Source: Neocallimastix sp. 'constans' (Eukaryota). From it: DNA of 64,000 bases. The stretch is from the NCBI GenBank assembly GCA_050613775.1, contig JBODTK010000152.1:124001-188000 (forward strand), in the 5' to 3' direction. The translations under genes and the position numbers were made by a program. The stretch's first letter is position 1. Each line of letters opens with the position of its first letter. Shown here in pieces: positions 53,074-64,000 of the stretch. The notes beneath the pieces are model-generated. The model did no database searches, was not told the DNA's origin, and saw only the letters and a list, made by a program, of their open reading frames with translations.

Positions 53074-54933
53074 TAAATACTATTGTTTAATATATCTAAA
53101 GAACTTCTATAGTTTATATTAATAATGTAAATTTTTTTTTAAAAAAAAAAAAATTACAGAAGGAATTATAGAGATATTATTATATAAATATTTGAGTAAA
53201 TATGTATACTCTATTAATATTATATAATTTTTTCTTGTTTTAGACAATTTAAATACAAATAATAATTTTAAATTTCAATAATAGTTTTACTAAAAAGAAA
53301 GCTGATCATAAAAAATGAAATATAAAAACTAATGCCATTAAAAATAACAACATCGATAATAACAAAAACAACAATAATAATGGTGACAACAATGCTAAAA
53401 AAAGTTATCAGCACAATTATGATCCTAATTATTCTAAAAATATAATTATAATTCTCATGATATAAAATTATCCGATTTGTTGTTAATAGAAGATGGAAAA
53501 TATATAAATTTATCTGAATTTGAAACCTACTTATTTAAGTATGGTAAAAAATATGGAAAGGCTTTAAAATATAAAATACATGAAAAATTTTATATGAAAG
53601 ATGAAAATCTTTTATGTAATATTAAACATTCAAATAAAAAACAAAATAAGATTAAGAAAATAGAATATTCAACTATATATCATCCGAACTTCAATAGAAA
53701 GCAAAAAGAAAAATATTTAATAAAAAAAAATTAAAGAAATTAATATTAACAATTCCATAAATCATTCATTAATAAGTAATTTAAATAATAAATATAGAAA
53801 TAGAAATAAAGAAATGTCTAAATTAAGTAATTACTATGATGATAATAGTAGAGAGAGTATTAAATATGAATAATAAAATTTATAGAACTAAATCCACATC
53901 AAATTCTGATTCTCATTCTGATACATCCGAAAATTATAAATAAATGAATAAAAATTATAATGATAAATTGAGGGAAAATGTTGAAATATTAAATTCTAAA
54001 GAGTATATGAATAATCATAACAACAAGATACTATTGAAAAAAGAAAAATTTCAGAAGATGAAAAAGATTTTCCAATATTTAAATATTTCTTTTATCCAGG
54101 ATGGTATCATTATCAAAGATATTATACTAATGATCTAAATATTTATAATACTAATAATGATAATTCAGATAATGGAAACGATAGGTAATTTTTATTAGAA
54201 ATAATTAAATTAATATTAAAGTAATTATTATTAATATTTTTAATTTATTATTAACTCAAATAAAAAATATATAATATATTTTATAATTATAATATATAAA
54301 GTCAGGAAATTAAAGATGTTTATATTGATGATGAAGCTTTAAAAAAACTTATTGAATAAAGAAAACAAAAAATAAAAATAAAAATAAGAAAAAAAATTTT
54401 TAAAAGAATTTTTTTAAAAGAATTATTTATAGTATCATTTGAAACAAATAATTGTAAAAAATTCATCAATTGTTGATAAATCTTCATTTTAATAATAATT
54501 TCAGGTGTTAGTGAAGATTCCAGAGAAAAACAAATAGATGATTTTGTATGAAAGAAAATAGGATTCCTAAGTATTGATAAAGTGAAAAACCGTATTTTAA
54601 TAAGAAAAACATAAATTATGTAGGATGAATAGTCACAAAAAGAAATTGTATTAAAATTTGGTATGAGAAAAGTAATGTTATAAATTTAAAACGTACAAAA
54701 TAAATTTTAGAAAAGTATTATTAAATTATAAAGTATCATTTAAATGTTATGTATAATATTATTGGCTTTGATAAAAAAAAAGATTGTCTCTATTAAAGAG
54801 ATAAAAAAAATAATAAAATAACAAAATAACAAAATAACAAAATATATATATATATAATAATAATAATAAAAATAAATAATAAAATAATTATAATTATAAT
54901 TATTAAAATTATTATAATTATTGTAATAATAAT

Positions 54934-55141
54934 TATTAAGAGTCAGGAATTTATGGTTTATAATTATGTCAATTTTATTAATATATTTTATGATAAAGAG
55001 TTACTAACACTTAATTATTCTAAATTAAATGCTTTTATATTAATACATTGTGGCTTATTCATTAATTATATTACAATATGTTTCAATACATTTGAAGCTT
55101 ATTTTTATATACATTTTACAAATTTTAACATTCCCCCTTAA
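54934..55141 (-). mobile_element. Copia-type LTR + PPT (same family as 60319-60524)
   Basis: gataaagagttactaacacttaattattctaaattaaatgc shared; ends ttaaca followed by ttcccccttaa. Confidence 0.75.
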
Positions 55142-55430
55142 TGTAACGAATCCTAAAATTTGGTATGGTTCATATAGTTTTAGGAATATAATAATAATTA
55201 ACACAAATAATAAAATTACAATAAAAAAATTTATTTTAAAATCAATATTTATTTATTTAAATTTATAAAAGAAAAATAATAATATAATTATTTATTTTAA
55301 TAAAAGTAAGTTATTGATTATATTTTATTTCACTAAAAATTACATGTATTTATATTTTTTTATCAAATTAAAATTTGTAAAGCCTAACTATTTTTTTAAT
55401 AAACTAATTACTAATTATTTTTATAAATAA
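55142..55430. mobile_element. Start of tRNA-cassette-family LTR (55142-55160) joined to an inverted G2-family LTR fragment (55161-55430)
   Basis: tgtaacgaatcct matches the reverse complement of the host-LTR end at 21106-21119; tggtatggttcatata... is the reverse complement of the G2 LTR 3' end. Confidence 0.8.
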
Positions 55431-55440
55431 TTAGTAATTA

Positions 55441-56538
55441 TGTAAACATAAATTCATTATTTGCTTAGATCTTCGTTCGGCCTACAATCAAATTAGAATT
55501 ACAGACCCTGTAACTAAAGAAGCAACTGCCTTTATCTGTGAATGGGGTATCTATACGTGGAATGTAATGCCTTTTGGATTAAGCGATGCTCCTCCCTTTT
55601 TCCAGGCTTTTATGAACAATGTACTTTTTGATAAATTATTCAACGGAGTATTATGTTATTTAGACGATGTAGTCGTATACGGCGACACCAAGCTTGAATG
55701 CCTAAATAACTGTAAATGGGTATTAGAACAATTCAGAAAGTTTAATCTTTACTGTAAAATTGAGAAGTGTCAATTCTTTCCATCAAAAATTGAATACCTT
55801 GGCTTTCTTATTAAAGAAGGTGCCTATACTCCTCTTAATTTAAATAAACTAAGTGGAATTTCTTGTCCTAAATCTTTAAAAGAACTTCAACAAGTTCTGG
55901 GTCTTCTTAATTGGTTTTCCGACTTTATTCCCAAATATGCGGAAATTATTAAACCTCTTTCAGATAATCTTTCATTCTTTAACGCCACTTCTGTTCAAAA
56001 ACATTTTTACGATTGTATACATAAGTTAGAAACTTTTCCTCGTGCCGCATTTAATTTTGATGAACAGTTTATTTTAGTCTCCGATGCTTCCGAATTTGCG
56101 GGCTCAGGTGTCCTTTATCAAATTCCGAAAGAGGGGGAAGATTTGATAACCAACCAATTAATTAATAGCAATAATAACAAAAATATTACATCAGACTTAT
56201 ATAAGAAAAAACAGATAAAACTAATTGGTTTTTACTCATTCAAATTTGATAAAAGCCAACTACATTATTCTATGTTTGACAAAGAGTTATTATCAATAAT
56301 AAGAACATTGGAACATTTTTCCTATTTTACATCAAACACTAAATATCCAATCATATGTTTAACAGACAATAGTGCCTCAAAGGAAATATTAAATGGAAAT
56401 TCTCAAAAAGTAGTAAACAATAGACGAAAAAGGTATATTGAAAGACTATTAGAATATAAGGTTAAAGGAATCCATATAAAAGGCAAAACTAACGATATTG
56501 GTGATTGGCTAAGCCGATTACATTTTGAAAATAATTAA
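55441..56538 (+). CDS. 5'-truncated RT-RNase H ORF ending directly after RNase H (no integrase)
   Basis: LDLRSAYNQIRI, YTWNVMPFGL, YLDD, SDAS, DKELL, TDN, HIKGKTNDIGDWLSR then stop; frame open from 55441. Confidence 0.88.
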   Translation, partial: CKHKFIICLDLRSAYNQIRITDPVTKEATAFICEWGIYTWNVMPFGLSDAPPFFQAFMNNVLFDKLFNGVLCYLDDVVVYGDTKLECLNNCKWVLEQFRKFNLYCKIEKCQFFPSKIEYLGFLIKEGAYTPLNLNKLSGISCPKSLKELQQVLGLLNWFSDFIPKYAEIIKPLSDNLSFFNATSVQKHFYDCIHKLETFPRAAFNFDEQFILVSDASEFAGSGVLYQIPKEGEDLITNQLINSNNNKNITSDLYKKKQIKLIGFYSFKFDKSQLHYSMFDKELLSIIRTLEHFSYFTSNTKYPIICLTDNSASKEILNGNSQKVVNNRRKRYIERLLEYKVKGIHIKGKTNDIGDWLSRLHFENN

Positions 56539-57245
56539 TATATTTAATAACATTTAAATTAGTATATTTTTATCCAATTAAATAGGTTATAAGTCAGTGA
56601 ATAAAACTGATACCTTTAAATAAATAATTAAATATAAATTAACATGTAATTTCTTAAAAATATTAATCTTTATTATTCTTTTGAAAAACTTGTTGATATA
56701 TAATTGTAATATGAATAAAGGTTTCTTATTCATAACAAAAAATAAATAATAAGTTTTTCATAATTAAAATATTTTATAATAATAAAATTTATAACTTTTA
56801 ATTAATACTAATATCAATAAAATAATAAAATAATAAAATACTAAAATTATAAAACAATAATTAATATAAAACTAAATACCATTAAAGTGTATTTGACTTA
56901 TTATACGTGTTTTCTTTTCATAAGTTTTTCCACAATACAATTATATTGTTCATAGGAGATTCTTATAAGAATCGTAATTAGCAATATTCTCCCTGAACAT
57001 ACTGCAGATTAGGTCGTGTCTAGTCTAATATTGTAATCATCCGCGAATCCTGGGTTTAAGAATCAAAAAGCCGTGCTACATTGCAAAAGTAGCCTAAACT
57101 CCAAAAGTCACACTTAAAATAAAAAAGCTACCAGGTTTATAGGCTGTCACCTTTTCCCTAAAGGATAGACCGGACAAGCTGAAAAATTTAAAGAATTTTT
57201 TTTTCAAAAGAATAATCTTGGAGAAGCTATCCGTGCCCTTATATT

Positions 57246-57611
57246 ATGAACTCCTATTACATCCAATTCAAGGGTGAAATTTGGGATATAGAAAATTCAG
57301 ATTATCAAAACTACTTTACTGATATTACCCCATTTTCTACTTGTTCCGAAGTAGAAGTATATCAATACGGTTCAGCTCAAATAGAAGTAATTGAGAACGA
57401 ACCAATAATACAAGAATTTACTGGAAAATTCGAATTTGTCTATAAGAATAAAACCATCGGATTTTGGGAAATCCCACAAGAACATAATCAATTTGAACTC
57501 GCCTGTTTAGGCCTTACTTCTATTTATAAAAACTTCAATAAGCAAAAGGAAAGAGGTATTCCTTTTAAGCTAGACACATTTCTAGCCGATATTGCCATAC
57601 GAAAACTTTAA
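57246..57611 (+). CDS. Hypothetical 121-aa ORF1 of the retroelement-like unit
   Basis: Intact intronless ORF with element-like base composition, abutting the next ORF. Confidence 0.65.
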   Translation: MNSYYIQFKGEIWDIENSDYQNYFTDITPFSTCSEVEVYQYGSAQIEVIENEPIIQEFTGKFEFVYKNKTIGFWEIPQEHNQFELACLGLTSIYKNFNKQKERGIPFKLDTFLADIAIRKL

Positions 57612-57615
57612 ATTT

Positions 57616-59841
57616 ATGAATATACTTCAAATTGACAATAAGTATATTACAAAACTAACAGAGAACATCAGCGATATATCCGAAGATAGTTTACTCACAT
57701 TAAGTAGAAAAAGTTCAAAAATGAATAAGGATCAAACCTTAATACAGTTATTACCCCATTTCGAAATAGAAGCCTATTCGAATAATTTGGAAGCAGAAAG
57801 AAGAAATCCTTTTATATTTGATAATAAACAGGATCAGCCAACAATCTCATACTTAGATATAATTGATGGATCCCAACATGAAGTAACTCTCACTACTGAT
57901 CCCCAATGGATTGAAATTGAGTCTCTCGGTCAATTAAACAAATATTTAATTGAATTACTAGGAGTATGGAAAGGACTTGAATTTAAATATGAGATACTAC
58001 AAGAATTGTTCGACAATGGAGATGAGCGAGTAAAGAAGTCACAAGTTCGTGCAGCTAAAAGAGAATATCGAAGTGCTCAAGATAGATTCTTTAGAGAACA
58101 AACAAAAGAACAAACAAAAATAGAACTTAAAAGAATGAATGAAAAAATTTTGGAATTAAAAAAGGAACTCAACAACAATGTTGCTATGGCAGGAAAAACT
58201 GCAGTTGAGGCATTAGAACAAAATAGGGATACTCGAATGGTTATTGAGAACCAAAAACAAATGGAAAATAACAAGATAGTAGAATTCCTTAATGAATTTG
58301 ATACCAGGGCATCCCAATTCCAAAATGAAATTACTACTCTAAATCAAGAAAACAAGAAGCTGTTCGATATGATACAATCGGTGGCAGGAACAGCTATCTC
58401 GAATAAAGACTTACAAAATGTTGCTACTCTCAACAATATAGACGAAGTAAACGCTAGAATATTAGATTATTATTCCAAATTGGAAGAAACTAAAAATACA
58501 ATTATAACATTGGCTAAAGAAAACTCTAAGGAACAAAACGATACCCTGCTTCTCTTAGGAGAAAATATTGAAAAAGGAATAAATCAACACCAAAAGAAGT
58601 TCGAAACACTCCTTAAGACATTGAATGTAAACTATGATAAATCTCTAAATTCTATTAAGGAGATCACTATGAAGGCTATATCAGATGCTAAGTTATCGGA
58701 AAAATTAACAATTACTACTACATTAGACCCTAAAACGAATCAAGCCGTTGCAGGAATATTGAAAAATATCTCTGGACTCGCGGCACAATTCACAGTCTCC
58801 TTAAAACTCTTACAAGATCAAATGGAAGCCTTTAAAAACAATCAAGATAAGCAGAATGATAACATTCTGAGGTCTATATCTTTATGTAACGAGTCAATCA
58901 ATTTCTATAAGAATTTCGTAGAAAACCATAATGTATCTCCTTCATCTAATGATGGTCAAATCTTATCCAATTTAATAACCAACTCGATTAATGACATTCT
59001 CGCTAGAATTGAGAATATAATTCCAGCTAATACAACAGTGGTACCCACTAATATTAATAATAAAGAAATCTTTAATTATAATCTCTACTTGGATACAATT
59101 ATTAGATATCCTAAAACAGCCATTCTTTTTGATTATCAAACTGATTCTAATGGATTCATCTCAAATATATCCATTAAAAAGAAGTTCGAAAGATATACAA
59201 ATAATTTACTAACTTATATGTTTAGAAAGTATACATCATCGGACGACTTATCATCTATGGCCAGTCTGAAGACAGCAGATGTATTAAACCTCCCGTTCCG
59301 TAAATTTACCACTTCCTCTAGTAAAAATAAAGGTAAAGATCCAGAACCTTTAGTTGTACCCCCTAAACCACTTGAAATTCCAATGGCGTCAACGTCGAAT
59401 CCAAATATTGTTAATCCTTCTATCTTTCCTAAAAAGGATGATCTCGATCATATTACTATATTCAACACTGAATTAAATGAGGCAGACTCTGCCAAACAAT
59501 TCCCTAGTAGGGCTCTTTATCGTGAATACAAAGTTATTGATAGTAACATTGCTGAATGGGCTAAAACCACAGCGGTGAACCTTAGTGCGAGTAATAGAAA
59601 GGTTTCCTTCCAGGTACCTTATAGCCTTACTTATTCCGATTCTTCATCCGAACAAGCGAAAGACCCTTCTACCTTCCAACGAATTTTTAATATTAAAAAA
59701 CCTATGTTTTCAGGTAAAGTCGAGGACGCTGACGATTTCGTGTATCAATTTCACGACTATCTACATCATTTCGCCCATCCGCCCAATGAGGAATATCTTT
59801 GTACGGCGTTCTTATCCTGTCACCTTTTCCCTAAAGGATAG
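57616..59841 (+). CDS. Long coiled-coil protein with a C-terminal Gag-like segment, truncated by a duplication junction
   Basis: Heptad-rich central region; KPMFSGKVEDADDFVYQF resembles the retrotransposon Gag N-terminal motif; frame runs into the repeat at 59817. Confidence 0.65.
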   Translation: MNILQIDNKYITKLTENISDISEDSLLTLSRKSSKMNKDQTLIQLLPHFEIEAYSNNLEAERRNPFIFDNKQDQPTISYLDIIDGSQHEVTLTTDPQWIEIESLGQLNKYLIELLGVWKGLEFKYEILQELFDNGDERVKKSQVRAAKREYRSAQDRFFREQTKEQTKIELKRMNEKILELKKELNNNVAMAGKTAVEALEQNRDTRMVIENQKQMENNKIVEFLNEFDTRASQFQNEITTLNQENKKLFDMIQSVAGTAISNKDLQNVATLNNIDEVNARILDYYSKLEETKNTIITLAKENSKEQNDTLLLLGENIEKGINQHQKKFETLLKTLNVNYDKSLNSIKEITMKAISDAKLSEKLTITTTLDPKTNQAVAGILKNISGLAAQFTVSLKLLQDQMEAFKNNQDKQNDNILRSISLCNESINFYKNFVENHNVSPSSNDGQILSNLITNSINDILARIENIIPANTTVVPTNINNKEIFNYNLYLDTIIRYPKTAILFDYQTDSNGFISNISIKKKFERYTNNLLTYMFRKYTSSDDLSSMASLKTADVLNLPFRKFTTSSSKNKGKDPEPLVVPPKPLEIPMASTSNPNIVNPSIFPKKDDLDHITIFNTELNEADSAKQFPSRALYREYKVIDSNIAEWAKTTAVNLSASNRKVSFQVPYSLTYSDSSSEQAKDPSTFQRIFNIKKPMFSGKVEDADDFVYQFHDYLHHFAHPPNEEYLCTAFLSCHLFPKG

Positions 59842-60318
59842 ACCGGACAAGCTGAAAAATTTAAAGAATTTTTTTTTCAAAAGAATAATTTAATTTGTGA
59901 AAATTAAGTTTCAAAATTTAATCATGACTCCTTTAACATTGTTTTTAAGGGGAGAGCGCGTTTCGGAACCGCACGTGAATATATATAAGCCACATGTTGA
60001 GATGGCGTATTATATATAAATTTTTTTATATAAATAAATATGTTAAGTATTAGCTACATTATAATTATACATTATACATTGTAATATTAATACGCCACAA
60101 TTAACCACATTATGAATACATTAGTTATTAGATAGTTATTAAATAGTTATTATAAATCTTATTTATTATATTTTGTTAAACTGTAATATTCTCTATTATG
60201 TAATATTCATATAATTAAATATAAATAAATAAAAGCCATATTAACTATAAATAATCATAATTGAAATTGTTAGATTTCAGTTACATTCTTAACAAAATAA
60301 TTAAATAATAATTAAATA

Positions 60319-61605
60319 TGTTAAGAATTAAGAATTTAGGTTTTATAATTATGTCAACTTTATTAATATATTTTTGTGATAAAGAGTTACTAGCACTTAA
60401 TTATTCTAAATTAAATGCTATTATATTAATACATTATGGCTAATACATTATTTATATTACATTACATTTTATTACATTAATCTCATATTCACATATTATA
60501 ACATCATATTCACATATTCTAACATTCCCCCCTAAACCTAGTTTTTCTAAAAGATAAAATTCGGTTTATAGGTGAATATGTGCAAATTACTATTATTCTA
60601 AAATTTAATTTTTACAAAATTTTATTCTCTTTTATAAAATTTTCTTAATTGAAATTTTAAACATTTAATGTATATTTTTATTTATTTTATTCAAAAATTT
60701 ATATTATTAAATACTATTACGTTTTTATGGTTAAACGTTTAAACCTTTAATATAATTCAAACTTAATGTTTATTGTAGGTTGGATACTCTTATGGTTTTA
60801 TACCAATCCTATCTTTATATAAATGTTTATATTTATGGCTACTCTTTAGGTTTTACGCCATTTAATTATGTTTATAGCTACTCGTTAGGATTTACGCTAT
60901 TTGTTTATTGTATGATAACCTCTTGGGTATTACATCATTTAAGAATCAATATTGTATTTATAAATTATTCTTTAATAAAATATGCTATATAATATTCAAA
61001 AGATATTTAATTATCAATTAATGTTTTAATGTTTTCAGTATAATTTTCATTAAGAGTCTCAGTATTGTATGAGGAAATATAATTTATACTAATATATGCT
61101 TAAGCTTGTTTATCTCTATTTATTTAATGTTTCTATATGTTTAGAGCTTTAATTTACTTTTATTCTACTTGGGGATTCTCTTTTATCAACTATATTAAAT
61201 TTTTACGCGTTTCTTCAATTTTTGTAATCTTGATCATTTCAAATGTTCGAAATCAATTTTATTTATTTTTCTAAGATTGACATAATGAGCAACTTTTATC
61301 AATTTTAGTTTCCAATTTATTTCCTTGACATAATATTACATTCGGCTAAGGATTTCTATTCCAAAGAATCCTTTCTAAGAGTCGATGAGACTCTTAATCT
61401 GTTAAGAATTAAGAATTTAGGTTTTATAATTATGTCAACTTTATTAATATTTTTTTGTGATAAAGAGTTACTAGCACTTAATTATTCTAAATTAAATGCT
61501 TTTATATTAATACATTATGGCTAATACATTATTTATATTACATTACATTTTATTATATTAATCTCATATTCACATATTATAACATCATATTCACATATTC
61601 TAACA
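60319..61605 (-). mobile_element. Non-autonomous Copia-derived miniature LTR element (TRIM-like, 1287 bp)
   Basis: 206-bp LTRs 60319-60524 and 61400-61605 (TGTTA...TAACA); TSD aaata; PPT ttcccccctaa at 60525; no ORF. Confidence 0.9.
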
Positions 61606-62554
61606 AAATAAATATTTTATTATATAATAATTTCATAATTTAATATATATTTGATAATAAAAAATAAAAAAAAATTAAAAAAAATTAAAAAAAAAAAAAA
61701 ATAAAAAAAATAAAAAAAATTAAAAAAAAAAAAAAATAAAAAAAATAAAAAAAATTAAAAAAATAAAAAAAATAAAAAAAATAAAAAAAATTAAAAAAAA
61801 AAAAAAATAAAAATAAAAAAATAAAAAAGATTAAAAAAATAAAATACAAAAAAAATAAAATAAAATATTTTCATATTTATTTATATTTATAACTGTAATT
61901 TTTTATTATATATATAAATAAATAAATAAATAATAATTAAATAAATATTTTATTTTATAATAAAGAAATAAAATAAAAAAAAAGAAAAGATAAATATTTT
62001 TTTAGTAATTTTCTTGAAATAAAATAAAATATTTTCATATTTATTTATAACTGTAATTTTTTAAAAAAAAAAAATAAATAAAAAATAAATAAATAAATAA
62101 ATAAATAATAATTAAATAAATATTTTATTTTATAATAATTTCATAATTTAATATATATATATTTGATAATAAAAAGTAAAAAAATAAAAAAAAAATAAAA
62201 AAAAAAAATAAAAATATAAAATAAAAAATAAAAAAATAAAATAAAAAATAAAAAATAAAATAAAATAAAATAAAATAAAAATAAAATAAAATATTTTCAT
62301 ATTTATTTATAACTGTAATTTTTTATTATATAAATAAATAATAATTAAATAAATATTTTATTTTATAATGAAAAAATAAAATAAAAAAAGAAAAGACAAA
62401 TATTTTTTTAGTAATTTTCTTGAAATAAAATAAAATATTTTCATATTTATTTATATTTATAACTGTAATTTTTAAAAAAATTGAAAATACATATTAAATA
62501 AAAAATAAAAAATAAATATTTTCATATTTATTAATATTTATATTGAAAATTTTG

Positions 62555-64000
62555 ATGGAGGGAAATCTAAAGATTGATATAAGTGAAACAAATCGAGGAA
62601 AAGAGCAAATAATTATAGATCGAAAATTTAAATATAATTTTTCAAAATTAAAAAAATATAATACAAAAATATATAGATGTACTGAATATAAAACATTAAA
62701 TAAATGTAAGTCTTTTATTACTTTAAATGATAATAAAGAGGTTTTAAATTATGATTCTTCACATAATCATCCTGGTAATGAAATTAATGCATCCAAATCA
62801 TTAATAAAACATAAAATTAAAGATGAAATAAAAAAAAGTTTGATTCCTTCTGATATAAAATCGAAACGTATATTTGATAAAATTTCTCAAGAAATAGGAT
62901 ATATATGCCCTGAATATAAAACAATTAAAACCCAAATAACAAGATATAAAAATAAACAATTATTTCCTAATATAAAAACATTTGATGAAGCTCCAAATGA
63001 ATCTGAATATTATAAAACAATATGAGGTGAATACTTTATGATATTCAAAAATTCTAATATAATAATTTTTCAATCCCCATTCCAAGCAAAATTATTTATG
63101 GAGAATAAACATATATTTGCTGATGGTACATTTTTAATAGCTCCAACTAATAGTTATCAAGTATTCATTACCAGAACTTATGTTACAGAATTAAATTGTT
63201 TTTACACTACTTCCATGTCAATATTAAAAAGCAAAGAACAAACAACTTATGAAATATTATTTAATGAAATAAAAAAAAATATAATTAAATATAATTCAAA
63301 TATTAATTTCTCAGAAAAAATTTTTCATTGTGATTTTGAAAAAGGAATATCTAATGCAGTGGAAAATATTTTTCCCAATATAAATATTAAATATTGTATT
63401 TGGCATTATAAAAGATTATTAATGACTAAAATAAATAAATTATGTTACAAGGAAGTGAAAGATCATAATATTTTAAATACTTATTATAAAGCCATTTCTA
63501 ATTTATGTTTTATTAATATTGAATACATACCTGATATTTTTAATAAAATTAAAAATACATGCAAGAGATATGAATCTACCTGTTCCCAAATTTTGAATTT
63601 TTTAGATTATTTTGAGAAAACATTTCTAAATATCTATAATATAAAATATTGGAATTATTACAACAATAGAGACCACATAACAAATAATGCTTCAGAATCT
63701 TATAACAGTTATTTAAAAAATTTATTTGTAAAAAAACCTTCATTTTATAAATTAATATATACAATACAATTTGAAGAATCCATATCTTACTATGATTACC
63801 AAATGAGAATTAAAGGAATTTGGAGAAAAAAGGGCAGAATATCAGAAAGGGTTGAAAAAATTAATATTTTAGTTGAATATTATAAAAATATGGAAGCCGA
63901 ATTAAAAAATATTGGATGTAGTAAAAATGATATCATCGAAAATTGGTTTAATTGTTTAATTAGATTGAATAATAAAATCATTAATTTTAATAAATCCAAA
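62555..64000 (+). pseudogene. MULE transposase with one visible in-frame TGA (63023-63025)
   Basis: ETNRGKEQII..CTEY..C..HNH, then FADGTF, HCDFE, CIWH and NNASES motifs downstream. Confidence 0.88.

Larger units (their letters stand above)
57144..59889 (+). repeat. 73-bp identical direct repeats (57144-57216, 59817-59889) bracketing ORF1/ORF2
   Basis: ctgtcaccttttccctaaaggatagaccggacaagctgaaaaatttaaagaa...caaaagaataat occurs twice. Confidence 0.92.
59949..64000 (+). mobile_element. MULE element, left part (runs off window)
   Basis: TIR-like ggggagagcgcgtttcgg at 59949; A-rich repeats upstream of a transposase at 62555. Confidence 0.7.

Noticed and set aside
55441..59889. DIRS/Ngaro tyrosine-recombinase element
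   Set aside because: No YR ORF and no inverted terminal/ICR pattern is visible; cannot be fully excluded because the unit is truncated
59946..59956. Purine run as the PPT of the upstream RT element
   Set aside because: Not followed by a TG-initiated LTR; it matches the gggg...tttcg start of the MULE TIRs instead

Overview
Extremely AT-rich eukaryotic DNA with short GT-AG introns, a fungal Vam7-type SNARE and a flagellar CCDC40-like gene. It is most consistent with an anaerobic gut fungus (Neocallimastigomycota); this is an inference. A core of six host genes lies at 27.4-51.0 kb: CSN4, CCDC40-like, MPP-alpha, UBC12, DRG1/RBG1 and VAM7-like. Two nested transposon clusters flank it. Left cluster (1-25.4 kb): a decayed Copia element is interrupted by a Mutator-like (MULE) element with a 9-bp TSD that carries a small secreted Cys-rich gene. 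A solo LTR bearing a tRNA-like Pol III cassette sits in the MULE's left TIR. At one site 16 bp upstream of that cassette, three Ty3/Gypsy insertions are stacked (two full-length, one solo LTR), separated only by the repeated (C)TGAG target duplication. The same host-LTR position is occupied by other LTR insertions at about 52.0 kb and 55.2 kb, suggesting a mobile Pol III 'landing pad'. The two full-length Gypsy elements have unrelated LTRs. They share a tRNA-Ala PBS, a ~160-nt covarying structured RNA in the 5' leader, and a UUUAAAC + pseudoknot -1 frameshift. Right cluster (51-64 kb): Copia fragments, a TRIM-like element, a third MULE, and an unusual integrase-less RT-RNaseH retroelement whose genes are in permuted order, as in an integrated pararetrovirus-like circle. 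All calls are by eye; no alignments, folding or database searches were run.
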